Source of the DNA: Eledone cirrhosa
Taxonomy: Eukaryota
DNA length: 64,000 nucleotides
Assembly: GCA_964016885.1 (NCBI GenBank)
Contig: OZ024742.1
Span: 372,000,001 to 372,064,000, forward strand
Reading direction: 5' to 3'
Numbering within the stretch: position 1 is the first letter of the stretch; each line of letters starts with the position of its first letter. This document shows, piece after piece, positions 51,401 through 64,000 of the stretch. Both the position numbers and the translations under genes were made by a program. The notes under the pieces are model-generated. The model searched no databases and was not told the origin of the DNA. It saw only the letters and a program-made list of their open reading frames with translations.

Positions 51401-51947
51401 CATGAAACTTGAAGCTCCTCAAAGGGCAATCACGAAAAAGATAGATGGCATGTCAGACCTTGACTACTGGGGTCGATTGGAAAACCTGAAACTTTACTCA
51501 CTCCAACGTCGCCGTGAGCGTTATATTATCTGCATGATGTGGAAAATGTTCCATCATCACTGCCCAAATGATGTTGGCATCGCCTTCAAGATACACCCAA
51601 GGCTTGGGCCCCATGCTATCCGTCCCATTCAAAAATCTAAATCGCAACTCATAACAACAATACGGCACAATTATTTCACCTCAATCGGCCCTGCTCTCTT
51701 CAACATCACACCAGGACACGTCAAAACAGAAACTGACCACACAAAATTCAAGAAGTCTTTGGACAAATTCCTCCAAGTAATCCCGGACAAACCACCCACA
51801 CCCGGATATGTCTCCGCAAACAGTAATTCTCTTCTCGAATGGGCCATGGTGCCCAAATCCTGAATTGAAAGACTTCGCCAGGTGGTGCTATTAAGTTAGA
51901 CATGGCCTGGGCCAATACTGGCCAAAACATTTCAAAGTTATTCAAAG

Positions 51948-51950
<3 letters not shown>
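48499..51950 (+). mobile_element. CR1-group LINE, 5'-truncated within ORF1
   Basis: Near-identical to 11676-15126. Confidence 0.95.
48843..51863 (+). CDS. Intact LINE ORF2 (APE + RT), with no ATG before the first endonuclease motifs
   Basis: 1006-codon open frame with complete APE and RT motifs. Confidence 0.92.
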   Translation: MLPLTNKQINNTPKQLKPSTLASTFLLNAQGISPSTNTQKWKIKFLEDWIDVHPNHIPFFVLTETHLSNLHLEAEVKVKNFKAIRADRAGRRKGGTAIYVHNSFSTEAMNIFTNGYCEAVTVFSQTNNLLVVGLYRPPQTPVPCFKECLNSIKCFIQECHPDNILMMGDFNLPGVDWSTNTLPPGSSASTSDREAVESLLDFMDDFFLSQLVLEPTRCHKNVLDLIFSNHTDNIHNIAVEKTLLSDHDMVLCDLRFHRPIYKPNVISPVHPFDAMDFHNANWEAISHDLAHVDWSFTHTHTPTNIKKSWQTFVDTVTNICAKHTPLRTINKSKSRIPRNRKTLIRKIKRTNKKINKLKYCQQQHINLTAISSLEIKKHNLQNNIMSLINNQRRAEEAWAIEKIKLNPKVFFSFAKKHKITGSTVGPLIDENGTLQDNAKTMGEILQKQYCSVFSNPDMADLGCIGDVTPHYTLSDITFGAPDVLAAIKEIKHNSAVGPDRFPACVLKACQHQLASPLANLWRNSLDAGYVPENLLSQSVVPVFKKGNKSLAVNYRPISLTSHIIKVFERVVRSRMTHFLESNNMLNSNQHGFRNGRDCLTQLLHHFDDILRALGEGSNTDVIYLDFSKAFDRVDHNILLRKLSNIGVTGKLLQWIKSFLSNRTQHVVVEGVKSSPAKVSSGVPQGTVLGPLLFIIYINDITDIIKHSNIKIFADDSKLQKVINGVDDRISLQSDLLAVTQWAEKNNMLLNEDKFELIHFGKEDALKLPYSLPSGETLVASNNIRDLGVTVDSNISWTTHISSKVDMARRMCSWILRTFQSRDSRTIILLFSTFARPHLEYCCPLWSPHTKQSIMKLEAPQRAITKKIDGMSDLDYWGRLENLKLYSLQRRRERYIICMMWKMFHHHCPNDVGIAFKIHPRLGPHAIRPIQKSKSQLITTIRHNYFTSIGPALFNITPGHVKTETDHTKFKKSLDKFLQVIPDKPPTPGYVSANSNSLLEWAMVPKS

Positions 51951-51986
<36 letters not shown>

Positions 51987-51993
51987 TATATAC

Positions 51994-52044
<51 letters not shown>

Positions 52045-52051
52045 TATATAC

Positions 52052-52086
<35 letters not shown>

Positions 52087-52321
52087 CATATATATATACA
52101 TATATATATATATATACATATATATATACATATATATATACATATATATATACATATATATATATATACATATACATATACATATATATATACATATATA
52201 TATACATATATATATATATACATATACATATATATATACATATATATATATACATATATACATACATACATATATACATATACATATATATATATATAAA
52301 TATATATATACATATATATAT

Positions 52322-52408
<87 letters not shown>

Positions 52409-52512
52409 CATATATATATATACATATATATATATACATATATATATATACATATATATATATACATATATACATATATATATATATACATATATACATA
52501 TATATATATACA
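51951..52512. repeat. (TA)n tract, C-interrupted
   Basis: Direct reading of the sequence. Confidence 0.95.
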
Positions 52513-53066
52513 TGACCAGTAGTAGTTACCTTCCTCTTTTAGCTGACATTAACCCTGACTTCTCTTCTTCTTTCTTCCCCCTTCTTCTCCTTCCTTTCTT
52601 TCTTTTACCTTGTGTCATGGGATCGACGTTAACCTATGCTCCCATCTCTTTCTGTTTTCGTTCATCTGACCGGTAGTAGCATACTATAAAATTTAGCCAC
52701 GTCACTCCAGGGCGTCCGGCTGAGGTTGAAGGAACAGAATAGCAGTCGCCCTCGGGTCTCGATTTTCAGCCCCATGGATTTTACCTATTACATTCACGTA
52801 TTACATTTCGAATACCTGATGATATCACCGGATTCATACGGAACCCGGTCATTGAAATGATCATAGTATAATAAACCTTTCAAGGATTTACACAAATCCA
52901 GCCTCCTGTCATTTCATTATAATATTTAACTCCGTAATAGCACCACCAACTACAAAAACAAAGACGGTTGAACTGCTTTACGTTGAGTACTCTCTATATT
53001 ATTGCATTACGATTGACCATACGGAATAGACCAGCTCTATACAGTGGTGAACCTCAAACCTGAATA
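52513..53066 (+). mobile_element. Non-coding HHR element end (family E)
   Basis: Reverse complement of 58884-59440; contains an HHR and ends CCTGAATA(TA)n. Confidence 0.8.
52812..52869 (+). ncRNA. Type I HHR (family E)
   Basis: atac-CTGATGA-tatc-accgg..ccggt-catt-GAAA-tgatca-TA-gtat. Confidence 0.75.
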
Positions 53067-55346
<2,280 letters not shown>

Positions 55347-55365
55347 TATATATATATATATATAT

Positions 55366-55542
55366 AACGAAGGAAATGTGGTAAGGAACCAGGTGGACCA
55401 TAACGCACCAAAGTACTCAATACTTGAGGTAGTAGAGTGGGTAATAGGAACCAGTAAGACCCCGACAGCTGAGCTCAAGCCGTTTCGACGGCTAATTAGC
55501 CGTCGAAACGGCTTGAGCTCAGCTGTCGGGGTCTTACTGGTT

Positions 55543-55547
<5 letters not shown>
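55366..55547. mobile_element. Fold-back copy of the family B 3' terminus
   Basis: 55366-55497 is the reverse complement of 1766-1897; perfect 104-bp palindrome at 55444-55547. Confidence 0.9.
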
Positions 55548-55591
<44 letters not shown>

Positions 55592-55630
55592 GTATATATA
55601 TATATGTATATATATATATGTATATATATG

Positions 55631-55661
<31 letters not shown>

Positions 55662-55670
55662 GTATATATG

Positions 55671-59596
<3,926 letters not shown>

Positions 59597-59796
59597 NNNN
59601 NNNNNNNNNNNNNNNNNNNNNNNNNNNNNNNNNNNNNNNNNNNNNNNNNNNNNNNNNNNNNNNNNNNNNNNNNNNNNNNNNNNNNNNNNNNNNNNNNNNN
59701 NNNNNNNNNNNNNNNNNNNNNNNNNNNNNNNNNNNNNNNNNNNNNNNNNNNNNNNNNNNNNNNNNNNNNNNNNNNNNNNNNNNNNNNNNNNNNNNN
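59597..59796. other. Assembly gap (200 N)
   Basis: Run of N. Confidence 1.
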
Positions 59797-62700
59797 CACT
59801 AGGAATACAGTAATATATATACACTAGAAATACAGTAATATATATACACTAGAAATAAAGTAATTTATATATAATAGAAATACAGTAATATATATATACA
59901 CTAGAAGTACAGTAATATATATACACTAGAAATACAGTAATATATATACACTAGAGATACAATAATATATACACTAGGAATACAGTAATATATATAGACT
60001 AGAAATACAGTTAGATATATACACTAGAAATACAGTAACATATACACAAGAAAAACAGTAATATATATACACTAGAAATTCAGTAATATATATACACTAG
60101 AAATACAGTAATGTATATATACTAGGAATACAGTAATATATATACACTTGGAATACAGTAATATATATACACTAGGAATACAGTAATATATATACTAGGA
60201 ATACAGTAATATATATACACTAGGAATACAGTAATATATACACTAGAGATACAGTAATATATATACTAGGAATACAGTAATATATATACACTAGGAATAC
60301 AGTAATATATATACACTAGGAATACAGTAATATATATACACTAGGAATACAGTAATATATATACACTTGGAATACAGTAATATATATACACTAGGAATAC
60401 AGTAATATATATACTAGGAATACAGTAATATATATACACTAGAAATACAGTAATATATATACACTAGGAATACAGTAATATATATACACTTGGAATACAG
60501 TAATATATATACACTAGGAATACAGTAATATATATACTAGGAATACAGTAATATATACACACTAGGAATACAGTAATATATATACACTAGAAATACAGTA
60601 ATATATATACACTAGGAATACAGTAATATATATACACTAGGAATACAGTAATATATATACACTAGAAATACAGTAATATATATACACTAGAAATACAGTA
60701 ATATACATACACTAGAAATACAGTAATATATACACTAGAAATACAGTAATATATATACACTAGAAGTACAGTAATATATATACACTAGAAGTACAGTAAT
60801 ATATATACACTAGAGATACAGTAATATATATACACTAGAAATACAGTAATATATATACACTAGAGATACAGTAATATATATACACTAGGAATACAGTAAT
60901 ATATATACACTAGAAATACAGTAATATATATACACTAGAAATAAAGTAATTTATATATAATAGAAATACAGTAATATATATATACACTAGAAATACAGTA
61001 ATATATATACACTAGAAATACAGTAATATATATACACTAGAGATACAATAATATATACACTAGGAATACAGTAATATATATACACTAGAAATACAGTAAT
61101 ATATATACACTAGAAATACAGTAATATATACACTAGAAAAACAGTAATATATATACACTAGAAATACAGTAATATATATACACTAGAAATACAGTAATGT
61201 ATATATACTAGGAATACAGTAATATATATACACTTGGAATACAGTAATATATATACACTAGGAATACAGTAATATATATACTAGGAATACAGTAATATAT
61301 ATACACTAGGAATACAGTAATATATATACACTTGGAATACAGTAATATATATACACTAGGAATACAGTAATATATATACTAGGAATACAGTAATAAATAT
61401 ACACTAGAAATACAGTAATATATATACACTAGGAATACAGTAATATATATACACTTGGAATACAGTAATATATATACACTAGGAATACAGTAATATATAT
61501 ACTAGGAATACAGTAATATATATACACTAGAAATACAGTAATATATATACACTAGGAATACAGTAATATATATACACTAGGAATACAGTAATATATATAC
61601 ACTAGAAATACAGTAATGTATATACACTAGAAATACAGTAATATATACACTAGAAATACAGTAATATATATACACTAGAAATACAGTAATATATATACAC
61701 TAGAGATACAGTAATATATATACACTAGAAATACAGTAATATATATACACTAGAAATACAGTAATATATAGTCTAGGAATACAGTAATATATACACTAGA
61801 AATCCAGTAATATATATACACTAGAAATACAGTAATATATATACACTAGAGATACAGTAATATATACACTAGAAATACAGTAATGTATATACACTAGAAA
61901 TACAGTAATATATATACACTAGAAATACAGTAATATATATTCACTAGAAATACAGTAATATATATACACTAGGAATACAGTAATATATATACACTAGGAA
62001 TACAGTAATATATATACACTAGAAATACAGTAATATATATACACTAGGAATACAGTAATATATATACACTAGGAATACAGTAATATATATACACTAGAAA
62101 TACAGTAATGTATATACACTAGAAATACAGTAATATATACACTAGAAATACAGTAATATATATACACTAGGAATACAGTAATATATATACACTAGAAATA
62201 CAGTAATGTATATACACTAGAAATACAGTAATATATACACTAGAAATACAGTAATATATATACACTAGAAATACAGTAATATATATACACTAGAGATACG
62301 GTAATATATATACACTAGAAATACAGTAATATATATACACTAGAAATACAGTAATATATAGTCTAGGAATACAGTAATATATACACTAGAAATCCAGTAA
62401 TATATATACACTAGAAATACAGTAATATATATACACTAGAGATACAGTAATATATACACTAGAAATACAGTAATATATATACACTAGAAATACAGTAATG
62501 TATATACACTAGAAATACAGTAATATATATACACTAGAAATACAGTAATATATATACACTAGAAATACAGTAATATATATACACTAGAAATACAGTAATA
62601 TATATACACTAGAGATACAGTAATATATATACACTAGAGATACAGTAATATACATACACTAGAGATACAGTAATATATATACACTAGGAATACAGAATAT

Positions 62701-64000
62701 ATATACACTAGAAATACAGTAATATATATACACTAGAGATACAGTAATATATATACACTAGAGATACAGTAATATATACACTAGGAATACAGTAATATAT
62801 ATACACTTGAAATACAGTAATATATATACACTAGAAATACAGTAATATATATACACTAGAAATACAGTAATATATATACACTAGAAATACAGTAATATAT
62901 ATATACACTAGAAATACAGTAATATATATACACTAGAAATACAGTAATATATATATACTAGAAATACAGTAATATATATATACACTAGGAATACAGTAAT
63001 ATATATACACTAGAAATACAGTAATATATATACACTAGAAATACAGTAAAATATATATACTAGAAATACAGTAATATATATATACACTAGGAATACAGTA
63101 ATATATATACACTAGAAATACAGTAATATAGATACACTAGAAATACAGTAATATATATACACTAGAAATACAGTAATATATATACACTAGGAATACAGTA
63201 ATATATATACACTAGAAATACAGTAATATATATACACTAGAAATACAGTAATATATATATACTAGAAATACAGTAATATATATACACTAGGAATACAGTA
63301 ATATATATACACTAGAAATACAGTAATATATATACACTAGGAATACAGTAATATATATACACTAGAAATACAGTAATATATATACACTAGAAATACAGTA
63401 ATATATACACTAGAAATACAGTAATATATATACACTAGGAATACAGTAATATATATACACTAGAAATACAGTAATATATATACACTAGGAATACAGTAAT
63501 ATATATACACTAGAAATACAGTAATATATATACACTAGAAATACTGTAATATATACACTAGAAATACAGTAATATATATATACTAGAAATACAGTAATAT
63601 ATACACTAGGAATACAGAAATATATATACACTAGAAATACAGTAACATATATAGATGAGAAATACAGTAATATATATACACTAGAAATACAGTAATATAT
63701 ATACACTAGAAATACAGTCATATATATATACTAGAAATACAGTAATATATATACACTAGAAATACAGTAATATATATACACTAGGAATACAGTAATATAT
63801 ATACACTAGAAATACAGTAATATATATACACTAGAAATACAGTAATATATACACTAGATATACAGTAATATATACACTAGGAATACAGTAATATATAGAC
63901 ACTAGAAATACAGTAATATATACACTAGAAATACAGTAATATATATACACTAGAAATACAGTAATATATATACACTAGAAATACAGTAATATATATACAC
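59797..64000. repeat. 25-bp satellite (ACTAGAAATACAGTAATATATATAC)n with 23- and 27-bp variants
   Basis: Period of 25, e.g. 59822 to 59847; continues to the window end. Confidence 0.97.

Overview
A eukaryotic, most likely invertebrate animal window with no recognisable host gene; a cephalopod-like (TA)n-saturated genome is an inference only. It is a nest of retroelements separated by (TA)n tracts. The main contents are: (1) a Naiad-type Penelope-like element (PLE; RT + GIY-YIG), present as a 2.1-copy tandem, a 9.7-kb palindromic insertion and fragments; (2) an intact 1209-aa PLE with pLTRs; (3) three copies of a CR1-group LINE; (4) several non-coding PLE-type ends carrying type I hammerhead ribozymes (HHRs); (5) a 310-bp tandem HHR retrozyme; (6) a 25-bp satellite after a gap. 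The most striking signal is at 2117-2412. Both arms of an inverted repeat nested in a Naiad 3' UTR carry about 15 A>G changes each, on the same strand and mostly after T. This is the expected footprint of ADAR hyper-editing written back into DNA by retrotransposition. The G/C interruptions of the (TA)n tracts mostly follow the strand of the neighbouring element, suggesting an editing or RT-error route from (TA)n to (TG)n. All alignments and folds were done by eye.
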